NCBI GenBank assembly: GCA_049975265.1
Contig: JBNGDF010000036.1
Span: forward strand, 1 to 21,219
DNA length: 21,219 bases
DNA from: Fidelibacterota bacterium
Lineage (GTDB): Bacteria; Fidelibacterota; UBA2242
Reading direction: 5' to 3'
Every line of letters begins with the position of its first letter. The first letter of the stretch is position 1. A model generated the notes under the pieces. That model was given only the letters and a program-made list of their open reading frames with translations, was not told the origin of the DNA and did not search any database. Of this stretch, positions 1-8,735 are shown in pieces. The position numbers and the translations under genes were made by a program.

Positions 1-54
1 TAGAGCAACGGCCTTTTAAGCCGTGGGTCGCAGGTTCGATTCCTGCTGCACTCA
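1..54 (+). tRNA. tRNA-Lys (anticodon UUU), 5'-truncated by window edge
   Basis: End of D-arm TAGAGC; anticodon stem ACGGC(8-12)/GCCGT(20-24) with loop CTTTTAA (TTT at 15-17); T-arm GCAGG-TTCGATT-CCTGC (30-46); acceptor 3' strand TGCACTC plus discriminator A54. CCA is not encoded (followed by CTT). Confidence 0.96.
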
Positions 55-248
55 CTTCCTTTAATAACAATATCTTAGAGAGAATTAACAATCATTCTCC
101 TGCAACATTACCTGCTACTAACAGGCTGGATACTCCAAACAATTACTGCTAAGCTATAATCCATTAAATATCCAAAATCTTATTCGATATAACCGTATCC
201 TCGGTCGATATGCTTTATTGGAATATCTTCCTCTCTAAAAAAATAACA

Positions 249-277
249 TTGACTTGGTGCCAATAATTTCTTAATGT
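249..277 (+). promoter_or_regulatory. Putative sigma70 promoter upstream of ORF 401-733
   Basis: TTGACT (249-254), 17-nt spacer, TAATGT (272-277); an overlapping perfect TATAAT at 277-282; A-rich UP-like tract just upstream. Confidence 0.5.
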
Positions 278-400
278 ATAATTAAATAGTGCCTGCGGAC
301 AACATGAAAGCTCCAGACTTGAATAGTATTCATTCTCATCTGTCGGTTTTTTTCAACCTCTCTCCCACTGTGTCAATGGCTAAAAAACGGTAGGCTGAAA

Positions 401-733
401 ATGTTTGACAAACTCAGTCGCGCTCCAAAATCGCAGTTTCAAAACCTGACCGATTCCGGTTCATGGGAACTCGAAACAGCCGGTGGAGGCAAACACTATC
501 TGCGCTGGCAGGGCATCTGGGCTGGTAAAGAGCGCAACTGGCGCATCGCCCAGATCACCACGACCGGTCGTCTGTACAGCATTCTGTATGTCAATGACGA
601 CAGCGCCGGGATTCGACGCCGCCTGCTGAATGAATTTCAGACGAAACCGGAATTGCAGTTCGCCCGTGACCGGTTAAAACGGGTATTGAAAGAGCTTCGG
701 GAAGTTAAGAAGCCGAATCAACCGGACTGGTAA
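401..733 (+). CDS. Hypothetical protein, 110 aa
   Basis: Only ORF in the gap between tRNA and sulfatase; ATG start with weak AGG upstream; GC rises at the ORF start relative to the AT-rich spacer; no family motif recognised. Confidence 0.65.
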   Translation: MFDKLSRAPKSQFQNLTDSGSWELETAGGGKHYLRWQGIWAGKERNWRIAQITTTGRLYSILYVNDDSAGIRRRLLNEFQTKPELQFARDRLKRVLKELREVKKPNQPDW

Positions 734-814
734 TCCCATCGCTTCCGGGCGTTTGCCGCGAAATCATACCAGCGGGATAAGCACAGCAACCCCGGGGGCA
801 GCGGTGTAAATTAC

Positions 815-2302
815 CTAAAACAGTGACGTTTTGGATTTCTCAATCTGTTTCGGAACCGGCTTTTCCACCCCGTAATACGCCTGCAATTCATACAGTGCCT
901 CTTTCAGCTCTGCGATCGCAGCCTGGTATGCGGGCATATTATAACCATTTTTCAGCTCCCGGGGATCATTCTTCAGATCGAAGAACTCCCATTCGTCCGT
1001 GTAACCGTAATAGTGGATCAGCTTGTAGTGCTGCGTCCGAATTCCGTAATGGGCATCCACCATATGCCAGGCGGGATATTCGTAATAATGATAATACATC
1101 GCCTGCCTCCAATGGCGCGGGGTCCGGTCACGCAGAATGTTCCGAAAGCTCTCGCCTTGCATATCAGCGGGAATATCCACCCCGGCAAAATCCAGGAGTG
1201 TCGGCGCAAAATCAATATTCAAAACCATTTCCCTGCTCACAACGCTCTTCGGAACCACGCCCGGATACCGCACAATCAGGGGCATGCGGAGCGATTCTTC
1301 ATACATGAAGCGCTTGTCGAACCAGCCATGATCGCCCAGAAAAAATCCCTGATCGGAGGTATACACCACGATTGTATTCCGCTCCAGTTTGCTCTCTTTC
1401 AGGAAATCGCGAATCCGCCCGATGTTTTCATCAATCGAGGCGATACAGGCTAAATAATTGCGCATATAGAGCTGATAGCGCCAGCGTACCAGCTCCCATC
1501 CTTTTAAACCCTCCGGCGGCGCAACTCCACCGGTATCCAGCGGGTGCATGTGATGTTCCAGGGTCATCTCCGCATTTCTGACGGCTTCCGCCTTGCCCTC
1601 GTAATGATCAAACAGCGTCGCCGGTTCCGGGATCTCGCGGCTTTTGAATCGCTCCCAATGTTTCGGTGGCGGTTGCCAGGGGCGATGCGGGGCTTTGTGG
1701 TGACACATCACCAGAAAGGGTCGCCGGCGGTCGGCATTCTGCATATATTGAATAGCTTCATCTGTAATTACGTCGGTGACATACCCACTTTCCGTTACTG
1801 TCTCCGGCCAGGTCTCCTTTGTCTGAAAATCCGGATCAAAGTATTTCCCCTGACCGGGCACAATTTTGTAATAATCAAATCCCGTTGGTTCGCTTTTCAG
1901 GTGCCATTTTCCAATCATAGCCGTCTGATATCCCACCGGCTTAAGCAATTTCGGAAGGGTCGGTTGACTGCCGTCAAATTCGAGTTTGTTATCCAGCATC
2001 CCGTTCAGGTGATTGTACTTACCGGTCAAAATCGCCGCCCGGCTGGGCGCACAAATCCCGTTCGTGCAGAAACAGTTGTCGAAACGCATTCCCTCCGCCG
2101 CCAGCCGGTCCAGGTTCGGCGTCTGATTAATGCGGCTTCCATAACAGCTGATGGCATGGGCGGCATGGTCATCGCTCATGATGAACAGAATATTTGGTGG
2201 CTTTTGCCCCTTGCCACAGGAGTAAATCCATGATGGCAGTGTGGCAGCTACCGCCCCGGCGACAATGGTCCTGAGAAATTCCCGCCTGGACTGATTATCC
2301 AT
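815..2302 (-). CDS. Cys-type sulfatase (formylglycine-dependent, family S1; N-acetylglucosamine-6-sulfatase-like) with Tat signal
   Basis: PNILFIMSDDH, CAPSRAAILTG (CxPxR), GKWHL, HKAPH, SDQG, DKRFMYEESLR motifs; N-terminal SRREFL twin-arginine motif. Start placed at ATG 2302 because GGAAGG (2317-2312) lies 9 nt upstream; the ORF track start 2311 abuts the RBS. Confidence 0.93.
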   Translation of the reverse strand: MDNQSRREFLRTIVAGAVAATLPSWIYSCGKGQKPPNILFIMSDDHAAHAISCYGSRINQTPNLDRLAAEGMRFDNCFCTNGICAPSRAAILTGKYNHLNGMLDNKLEFDGSQPTLPKLLKPVGYQTAMIGKWHLKSEPTGFDYYKIVPGQGKYFDPDFQTKETWPETVTESGYVTDVITDEAIQYMQNADRRRPFLVMCHHKAPHRPWQPPPKHWERFKSREIPEPATLFDHYEGKAEAVRNAEMTLEHHMHPLDTGGVAPPEGLKGWELVRWRYQLYMRNYLACIASIDENIGRIRDFLKESKLERNTIVVYTSDQGFFLGDHGWFDKRFMYEESLRMPLIVRYPGVVPKSVVSREMVLNIDFAPTLLDFAGVDIPADMQGESFRNILRDRTPRHWRQAMYYHYYEYPAWHMVDAHYGIRTQHYKLIHYYGYTDEWEFFDLKNDPRELKNGYNMPAYQAAIAELKEALYELQAYYGVEKPVPKQIEKSKTSLF

Positions 2303-2398
2303 GGTCAACATCCTTCCTGCAATTATGTTGTGGAATATTCACTCCAAGAAATATACATTATTATTCGAAATAAGAAAACGTTCATCACGGAGTAGCCA

Positions 2399-4459
2399 AT
2401 GCAATTCAATAAAAAATTCCAAAGAGTCGCCGGCATATTGCTCGGTTTCCTGCTTATCCCGGGAATCATATCCTGCAGCCGGAAATCCGCTCCGACCGTC
2501 TCATCGCCGGACGGCAATATTACTCTAAAATTTTCCCTGCAGAGCGGAATCCCGCATTACTCGATCTCATACCGATCCCATCAACTTATCGAGGATTCCC
2601 GGCTGGGCTATCACTTCAAAGATACAGCGCCGCTGGCAGACAATTTAAAAATTATATCTGTGCAATTCTCCCCATTCGACGAAATCTGGACTCAGCCCTG
2701 GGGCGAGGTCAAAGATATTCGCAATCACTACAACGAAATGAAAATCTTTCTACAGGAGAAGGATCACCCAAACCGACAGATGAATCTCATCTTCCGGGCG
2801 TTCGATGACGGCATCGGGTTCCGCTACGAACTGCCTGCACAGGAGAACCTGAAAGATTTTCAGATTACCGATGAGTTGACGGAATTCAACCTTTCCGGCG
2901 ATCACCGCTGCTGGTGGATCGGCGCTTACCGCTGGAACCGCTACGAGTTTCTCTATAATGAAACCCGCCTCAGCGAAATTGATACGGTACACACCCCTTT
3001 CACCATGGCAACCAGCGACGGTCTGTATCTTTCGCTGCACGAAGCCGCCCTCACCGACTACTCCAGCATGGCGCTGGCGCGCTACGAAGGAACAAAACTA
3101 ACCTGCGATCTCTACCCCTGGTCCGACAGCACCAAAGTCAAAGCCGGCACACCCATGCTATCGCCCTGGCGCACCCTGCAAATCGCTGAAAAACCGGGCG
3201 ATCTGATCACCTCCTATTTGATTCTCAACCTGAATGAGCCCAGTAAAATTGAGGATACAAGCTGGATTAAACCCCAAAAATATGTGGGCATCTGGTGGGA
3301 GATGCATCTCGGTAAATCCAGCTGGGAATCCGGGGCAAATCACGGCGCCACTACCTATAATACGAAAAAATATATTGACTTTGCCGCTAAATACGGTTTC
3401 GACGGCGTGTTGGTGGAGGGTTGGAATACCGGCTGGGACGGCGACTGGGTCAGGGATGGTCACTTGTTCGATTTTACGCAGCCGCACCCGGATTTTGATA
3501 TCGGGGCAATCGCGGATTATGCTGCCCGGAAAGGTGTCCGCATCATCGGGCATCACGAGACCGGCGCCGCAGTGATGAATTATGAAAGACAGCTGGAAGA
3601 AGCATTTCAATTCTGCAATCAATACGGTATCAACACCGTCAAAACCGGCTATGTCGGTCACGGACAGACCATCAAACGGATCGACGAGAATGGCGGGGTT
3701 CGAAAAGAGTGGCACCACGGACAATATATGGTCCGGCACTACCGCAAAGTTGTCGAGACCGCCGCCAAATACCACATTATGCTGGATGTTCACGAACCGA
3801 TCAAGGACACCGGTATCCGGCGGACCTGGCCGAATATGCTGGCCCGTGAAGGCGCCCGGGGCATGGAGTACAACGCCTGGAGCCCCGATGGCGGCAATCC
3901 ACCAGATTATATGACTATTCTGCCCTTTACCCGCCTGCTCAGCGGACCGATGGATTTTACACCGGGCATCGTGGACCTCTTTTATGAGGAATACAAACCC
4001 GATAACCGGGTCAATGCAACCCTGGCAAAAATGCTGGCTTATTATGTCGTGATTTACAGTCCGCTGCAGATGGCTGCCGATCTGCCGGAAAATTACGAAA
4101 ACCAGCCGCAGTTGTTTCAATTCATCTGTGATGTACCGGTGGACTGGGAAGACACCCGGGTGATCAATGCCGCCATCGGTGATTACCTCACAATTGTCCG
4201 CAAAGATCGCAATTCCGACGACTGGTATCTGGGCAGCGTAACCGATGAAAACAGCCGGATATTCGACATTCCACTGGATTTTCTGGATTCAACAACATCC
4301 TATTGCGCTGAAATCTATGAGGATGCCGGCGACGCCGACTGGGAAATCAATCCCCTGGCGATTGAAACGCGCCAAGCTACCGTGACATCGGGACAGCAAC
4401 TGATCCTGAACCTCGCCCCCGGCGGAGGGACGGCGATTCGATTCACACCAGTGCATTGA
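2399..4459 (+). CDS. Glycoside hydrolase family 97 alpha-glucosidase (SusB-like), predicted lipoprotein
   Basis: GH97 motifs FRAFDDGIGFRY, LHEAAL, SPWRT, LNLNEP, WIKPQKYVGIWWEMH, VLVEGWN, HHETG, REGARGMEY, PFTRLLSGPMDFTPG, SPLQMAAD; signal peptide ending IISC; GGAG RBS at 2389-2392. Confidence 0.95.
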   Translation: MQFNKKFQRVAGILLGFLLIPGIISCSRKSAPTVSSPDGNITLKFSLQSGIPHYSISYRSHQLIEDSRLGYHFKDTAPLADNLKIISVQFSPFDEIWTQPWGEVKDIRNHYNEMKIFLQEKDHPNRQMNLIFRAFDDGIGFRYELPAQENLKDFQITDELTEFNLSGDHRCWWIGAYRWNRYEFLYNETRLSEIDTVHTPFTMATSDGLYLSLHEAALTDYSSMALARYEGTKLTCDLYPWSDSTKVKAGTPMLSPWRTLQIAEKPGDLITSYLILNLNEPSKIEDTSWIKPQKYVGIWWEMHLGKSSWESGANHGATTYNTKKYIDFAAKYGFDGVLVEGWNTGWDGDWVRDGHLFDFTQPHPDFDIGAIADYAARKGVRIIGHHETGAAVMNYERQLEEAFQFCNQYGINTVKTGYVGHGQTIKRIDENGGVRKEWHHGQYMVRHYRKVVETAAKYHIMLDVHEPIKDTGIRRTWPNMLAREGARGMEYNAWSPDGGNPPDYMTILPFTRLLSGPMDFTPGIVDLFYEEYKPDNRVNATLAKMLAYYVVIYSPLQMAADLPENYENQPQLFQFICDVPVDWEDTRVINAAIGDYLTIVRKDRNSDDWYLGSVTDENSRIFDIPLDFLDSTTSYCAEIYEDAGDADWEINPLAIETRQATVTSGQQLILNLAPGGGTAIRFTPVH

Positions 4460-4615
4460 CAGCCGATCCCTTACAATCCTGAATGATTGCTGTTTCAGTC
4501 GGTTGATCCGCTCCGTTCGCAGGCTGTCATTGCCTTCCGAATATGGAAAATCGCACCTGAACTGGTTGGCGGAGATTGATCCCGGTCAGCCTCCTTCAAC
4601 CCTTTACCGGAAACC

Positions 4616-7252
4616 CTATTTCATCAGCATCATTTTCCGCAGAGCCGTAAAATAACCCGCCTGAAGCCGAATGAAATAGACACCGCTCGAGAGATGTGAC
4701 GCATCCAGCCGGAAATTGTAAGAGCCGGCCCGCATCGCCTCATTTTTCAATACAGCCACTTGCCTGCCGATCATGTCATATATTGTCAACCTGACATGCC
4801 CCTCTCTGGGGATATCGAAGCGGATATTTGTCGTGGGATTAAAAGGGTTCGGATAATTTTGATAGAGTGCATATCTCGCCGGAATACCAGCGGCGGCACA
4901 ATCAATAGCGGATACACCGCTGGCATTGACCTGACCGGGAGTCGGGTCCATTGCGATCCAATTATTACTGCCATCTTCATAACGACCGTACGCAATATCC
5001 GTCGTCTGAGCTCCAAAGGATAATGAGTCAACAAAGGTGGTATCATTGCCAATAATCTGGACCAGCCCAATTTCCTCTCCATCGGCACTGAGTTTGATAT
5101 CTACATGAAGAACACCTTCTTCGGGCTCTTTATCCGCCCAGAGTACCAGAAAGCCGCCGGGTTGAATGGTGGTCAAAGCGGAATTTGTTTCGGGAATCTG
5201 CCAGGCGGTGGGTTCATCAAAATCATCGGTGATGTACAGCCCACCGATATCTACCGCTTCATCGCCGAGGTTATAAAGCTCAATATAATCATCATAATCA
5301 CCTTCTTCATCCGTGCAGCAGGAGTCGTTACTTGCCAGGAATTCATTGATCACGATCCCGGTAACAGGTTCCGCCGGTATTTCGAATTGCCGCTTGATAA
5401 TCTGACCATTATTGGCAACCCCCCAGAGGGCATAATTAACATAGATGATATCATAAATCGTTGCGGTGGTCACACCGGCTTCGGCTGCCCAGGTTTTCCC
5501 GGTATCCTCCGAGCGATATATCTTTCCGCCCTTACCCGCCACATATACCAGCGTATCATTGACAAACTCGATGTCATTGAGTTCATCGGTGTCTGCATCG
5601 ACGGTAATCCGGGTCAATGAACCCAAATTATCAAGAGAACCTTTAAATACATTGCCCTCATCGGAAACCAGCATCAGGGAATCTTCATAACCCACGACAG
5701 CATTCAAATCGTCATCGGTTCCGGTGGCATACAGACTATCCTCAAGCGTACCGGTTTCCAAAAATTCGGCTTCATATAAATAGCCCGACTGCCCGCAGGC
5801 AATCACCGTTGTTCCGCTCAGGGGCAAAATCCCGTAGATCGTTTTCGTGGCGCTGAGATGTGTATCGCTCCAGGTCAAACCACCGTCAACGGAGCGTACC
5901 AGATAGCCGGACTGTCCACCCGCAAACAGTGTATCGGCAGAGTAATAGGCAATGGTATAAAACGAATTTGCCATTGTATAAAGTGGATTTTCGACAAATT
6001 TCCAGTTGGCGCCACCGTCGCTAGTTCTCAGTAAAATACCGTCATTGCCAACAATTATGCCGTTGTTGTCATCGTAAAATTCGCATTTTACCAAATTCCC
6101 GACGACTCCGGTGGGGATATTGCTTGGATAGGTCCAGGTCTCTCCGCCGTCGTTACTGCTGGTGATTTCACCTCCGGCAAAAGCGGTAGCGACAATGGTA
6201 TTGCCTTTGGCACCAATACCCCTGAAATAGAGATTCGGCCAATCGAGCAGCGGTGCGAAGCAGCCGCCGCCATCAGTCGTTTTGAGCCACTGGTTATATT
6301 CGGTGAAAATAAATCCGTTATCGGCATCGAAAAAGTTCATGAATATAACAGTATGTCCGGTACCCGTCTCTAATGTGTCCCAACTGGCACCGCCGTCGGT
6401 GGTTTTTACCGTCAGACCGTCTCCCCCCAGGTACCAGCTGTTTTCATCGATCACCGATACGGCCCAATAGTAATCCATCGCAAATGTATAATCACCCCGC
6501 TGTGTATATGTCTTACCACCGTTCTGGGAGATCAGGATGACCCGGTACTGTGTTCCCAGCACAATCGTAGAATCACCCCCGGCACCGACATACCTCACAG
6601 AGTACTTGCTGATTCCGTAGGGGAACAGGTCATCGATTCTGGTTAGATTCCAGCTGGTTCCACCGTCGTGTGTGTACCAGGTATAGCCGCCGTAATCATC
6701 GGAGGCTACTACACCGACATTGGCATTGCAAAAATTCAATCCGCCGTCCAGATCGAGCCCTTCGAATGGTTGATCGCTTTTGACATAGTCTGTCCCGCCA
6801 TTGGACGTTTTTAATAATGTCGCCTCTTTTCCGGCGAAAAAAACCGTGTTGGCGTCGATAACTTTCAGAAACAGCAGGTCTGTTTTATACGCGGCTGTAT
6901 CAGCCACCATGGTCCAGTTGGCGCCCCCGTCAACGGTTTTGAAAATAAAGCCGTCGTCGGCACAGGCATAGCCGGTATTGGCATCGGCAAATTCCACATC
7001 ATTCCAGTCAATTCCACCCTGGTCGGCTGCCCGAACCGTCTGCCAGTGCGCACCGCCATCGACGGTTTTCATAACAAACCCTCCTCTTCCAACCAGCCAG
7101 CCGGTATCGGCGTCCAGCATAAACCCGTCGCCCCAGGCACGAAAGTTGAAATTTGCCAGCAGCTCGTCGCCCTGCCTGACCATCTCCCACTGGGCTATTG
7201 CCGGCGCTGTCACGACAATCGCGACAACCCAAATTAGCATCATTTTCCTCAT
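4616..7252 (-). CDS. Secreted YCF48/BNR (Asp-box) beta-propeller protein with lamin-tail-like domain and C-terminal T9SS-type A/FlgD-like sorting domain
   Basis: Signal peptide ending AIA|QW; eleven T/S-x-D/N-G-G-x-x-W/Y/F type boxes; VINEFLASN...DYIELYN...LVLWAD...KLSADGE...PTPG lamin-tail motif; LYQNYPNPFNPTTNIRF...IYDMIGRQV...LSSGVYF...KMMLMK C-terminus. Confidence 0.9.
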   Translation of the reverse strand: MRKMMLIWVVAIVVTAPAIAQWEMVRQGDELLANFNFRAWGDGFMLDADTGWLVGRGGFVMKTVDGGAHWQTVRAADQGGIDWNDVEFADANTGYACADDGFIFKTVDGGANWTMVADTAAYKTDLLFLKVIDANTVFFAGKEATLLKTSNGGTDYVKSDQPFEGLDLDGGLNFCNANVGVVASDDYGGYTWYTHDGGTSWNLTRIDDLFPYGISKYSVRYVGAGGDSTIVLGTQYRVILISQNGGKTYTQRGDYTFAMDYYWAVSVIDENSWYLGGDGLTVKTTDGGASWDTLETGTGHTVIFMNFFDADNGFIFTEYNQWLKTTDGGGCFAPLLDWPNLYFRGIGAKGNTIVATAFAGGEITSSNDGGETWTYPSNIPTGVVGNLVKCEFYDDNNGIIVGNDGILLRTSDGGANWKFVENPLYTMANSFYTIAYYSADTLFAGGQSGYLVRSVDGGLTWSDTHLSATKTIYGILPLSGTTVIACGQSGYLYEAEFLETGTLEDSLYATGTDDDLNAVVGYEDSLMLVSDEGNVFKGSLDNLGSLTRITVDADTDELNDIEFVNDTLVYVAGKGGKIYRSEDTGKTWAAEAGVTTATIYDIIYVNYALWGVANNGQIIKRQFEIPAEPVTGIVINEFLASNDSCCTDEEGDYDDYIELYNLGDEAVDIGGLYITDDFDEPTAWQIPETNSALTTIQPGGFLVLWADKEPEEGVLHVDIKLSADGEEIGLVQIIGNDTTFVDSLSFGAQTTDIAYGRYEDGSNNWIAMDPTPGQVNASGVSAIDCAAAGIPARYALYQNYPNPFNPTTNIRFDIPREGHVRLTIYDMIGRQVAVLKNEAMRAGSYNFRLDASHLSSGVYFIRLQAGYFTALRKMMLMK

Positions 7253-7270
7253 CCTGTTTCCCTTCTTTTA

Positions 7271-8728
7271 TTATCTGTTTCTATTCATCAAACTCATCCT
7301 GAGACAAACATATTCAATCCTGTTGTTCGAAACGCCGGGATCCCAAACCCCCGCATCAATGCGTAATCCGATCTGCCCGAAAACGAACTGCCGATACCAA
7401 GCCAAATATACATCGGTAATGTCAAACTCCGGAGTATTCCAGTAGAAAAACGGTTCCTCGATACAATTTTCATACCCCAGCTGCAACATTGTAATTTGGT
7501 TGAGGTGAACGGCAAAATCCACAAATACCCGGGATGTTTTCAGGTTCTCGCTGAAATCAAAGGCGGCGGTGTACTCGTGATAATCTACATCACTAAAAGC
7601 GATCCGATAACCGGTTTTCAGGCTGATAAAACGCCAGGGGTCGAGCCGCAGATCCAATCCCACCGCATGGTCGGACGCATGGTAATCCAGCAGGCTGACA
7701 TCAAACTGACCATGCCGTGCCCAGTCAGTCGTCTCACCAATATCGTACATCAGCCCCAGCTCGCATCGCAGGGCTTCCAAACGATAGGACAGCCTGTTTT
7801 CCATTCGAACCGCTTCCCGCACCCAATAGCCCACCTGTACCGGTTGCGAACGGGAACCGGTTTTGATCATACTTGCAGCGTTTCCAAAGAGCAGCACCGA
7901 ACGCCATCCCAGACCCGGAATAAAGAGAGCTTCCTTTTGAGTATAGATACCCATTTCATAACCGGTCTTCCGATCGCTTTTATGATTGGAATCCCGGGAA
8001 TTTTCCGGTTGGTAAACATGATAACCGATATAGGTGAAATTGACAGCCTCCAGCAAACCGCTGACCGCTTCATACCTGCCCTGTCGATCAAAAACACGCC
8101 CGTATATTCCTGAAACAAAGGAGCCGTCTACCGAGCGGTATCCCAAACCCAATTTGATATCGCAATTTCTAAAAATGGTCATACACTCCGTATACACATC
8201 CTTCAGCCCTCTCTCAACGCCATATTCTATCTGGACAGCCGACTCGACTCGGGGAACGATTGTACGTTTATACAACACCCAGAGACGCGGACCATAATAG
8301 ACCGTATTGCCGGTCGTACTGTCGGCAAAGGAGAAATAATGCTCATAAAAATGTTTCTCCAGCGAACCGTAGGTGTTGTAATTCTTGGTGCCATCGATTA
8401 TCACAGCGGTTGCCAGGATGGATTTACGGTTCAGTGTTTTATTGGTAAAAATACTGATACCATACGACCGATTCATCGCCGGATCGAAACGGCGCCTGTA
8501 ATGATTTTGTAGCAGCGTACCGCTGGCATCATAAAAATAATAATCCTGCTCTACCCCATCGTTAAAAAACACCGGGTTACGGCTATACTCATATTCACCT
8601 GCGGCGATTGCGTTGCTATATTTGAATTCAAGGTTTTGAAACAGATAGCTATCGTAGGCATACACTCCCGAGATTGAAAACAGGAAAACCGACAGAACCA
8701 GAACGGCTATTTTCACAATATCTCCCAT
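7271..8728 (-). CDS. Putative outer-membrane protein (DUF6850-like by context)
   Basis: Long ORF between two clear genes; hydrophobic signal peptide (KIAVLVLSVFLFSISGVYA); Tyr/Gly/Phe-rich alternating beta-strand pattern. Start likely ATG 8728 (or GTG 8716), just after the upstream stop at 8736-8738. The DUF assignment is inferred from neighbourhood only. Confidence 0.7.
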   Translation of the reverse strand: MGDIVKIAVLVLSVFLFSISGVYAYDSYLFQNLEFKYSNAIAAGEYEYSRNPVFFNDGVEQDYYFYDASGTLLQNHYRRRFDPAMNRSYGISIFTNKTLNRKSILATAVIIDGTKNYNTYGSLEKHFYEHYFSFADSTTGNTVYYGPRLWVLYKRTIVPRVESAVQIEYGVERGLKDVYTECMTIFRNCDIKLGLGYRSVDGSFVSGIYGRVFDRQGRYEAVSGLLEAVNFTYIGYHVYQPENSRDSNHKSDRKTGYEMGIYTQKEALFIPGLGWRSVLLFGNAASMIKTGSRSQPVQVGYWVREAVRMENRLSYRLEALRCELGLMYDIGETTDWARHGQFDVSLLDYHASDHAVGLDLRLDPWRFISLKTGYRIAFSDVDYHEYTAAFDFSENLKTSRVFVDFAVHLNQITMLQLGYENCIEEPFFYWNTPEFDITDVYLAWYRQFVFGQIGLRIDAGVWDPGVSNNRIEYVCLRMSLMNRNR

Positions 8729-8735
8729 CGGTGGT

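Noticed and set aside
4565..4600. Hairpin between the convergent GH97 and propeller genes
   Set aside because: Mismatched stem and no U-tract on either strand, so not supportable as an intrinsic terminator.
5390..7100. Recurring CCGCCGTC-like DNA repeats suggesting an array
   Set aside because: They are the codons of the protein Asp-box (DGG) repeats, not CRISPR or non-coding repeats.
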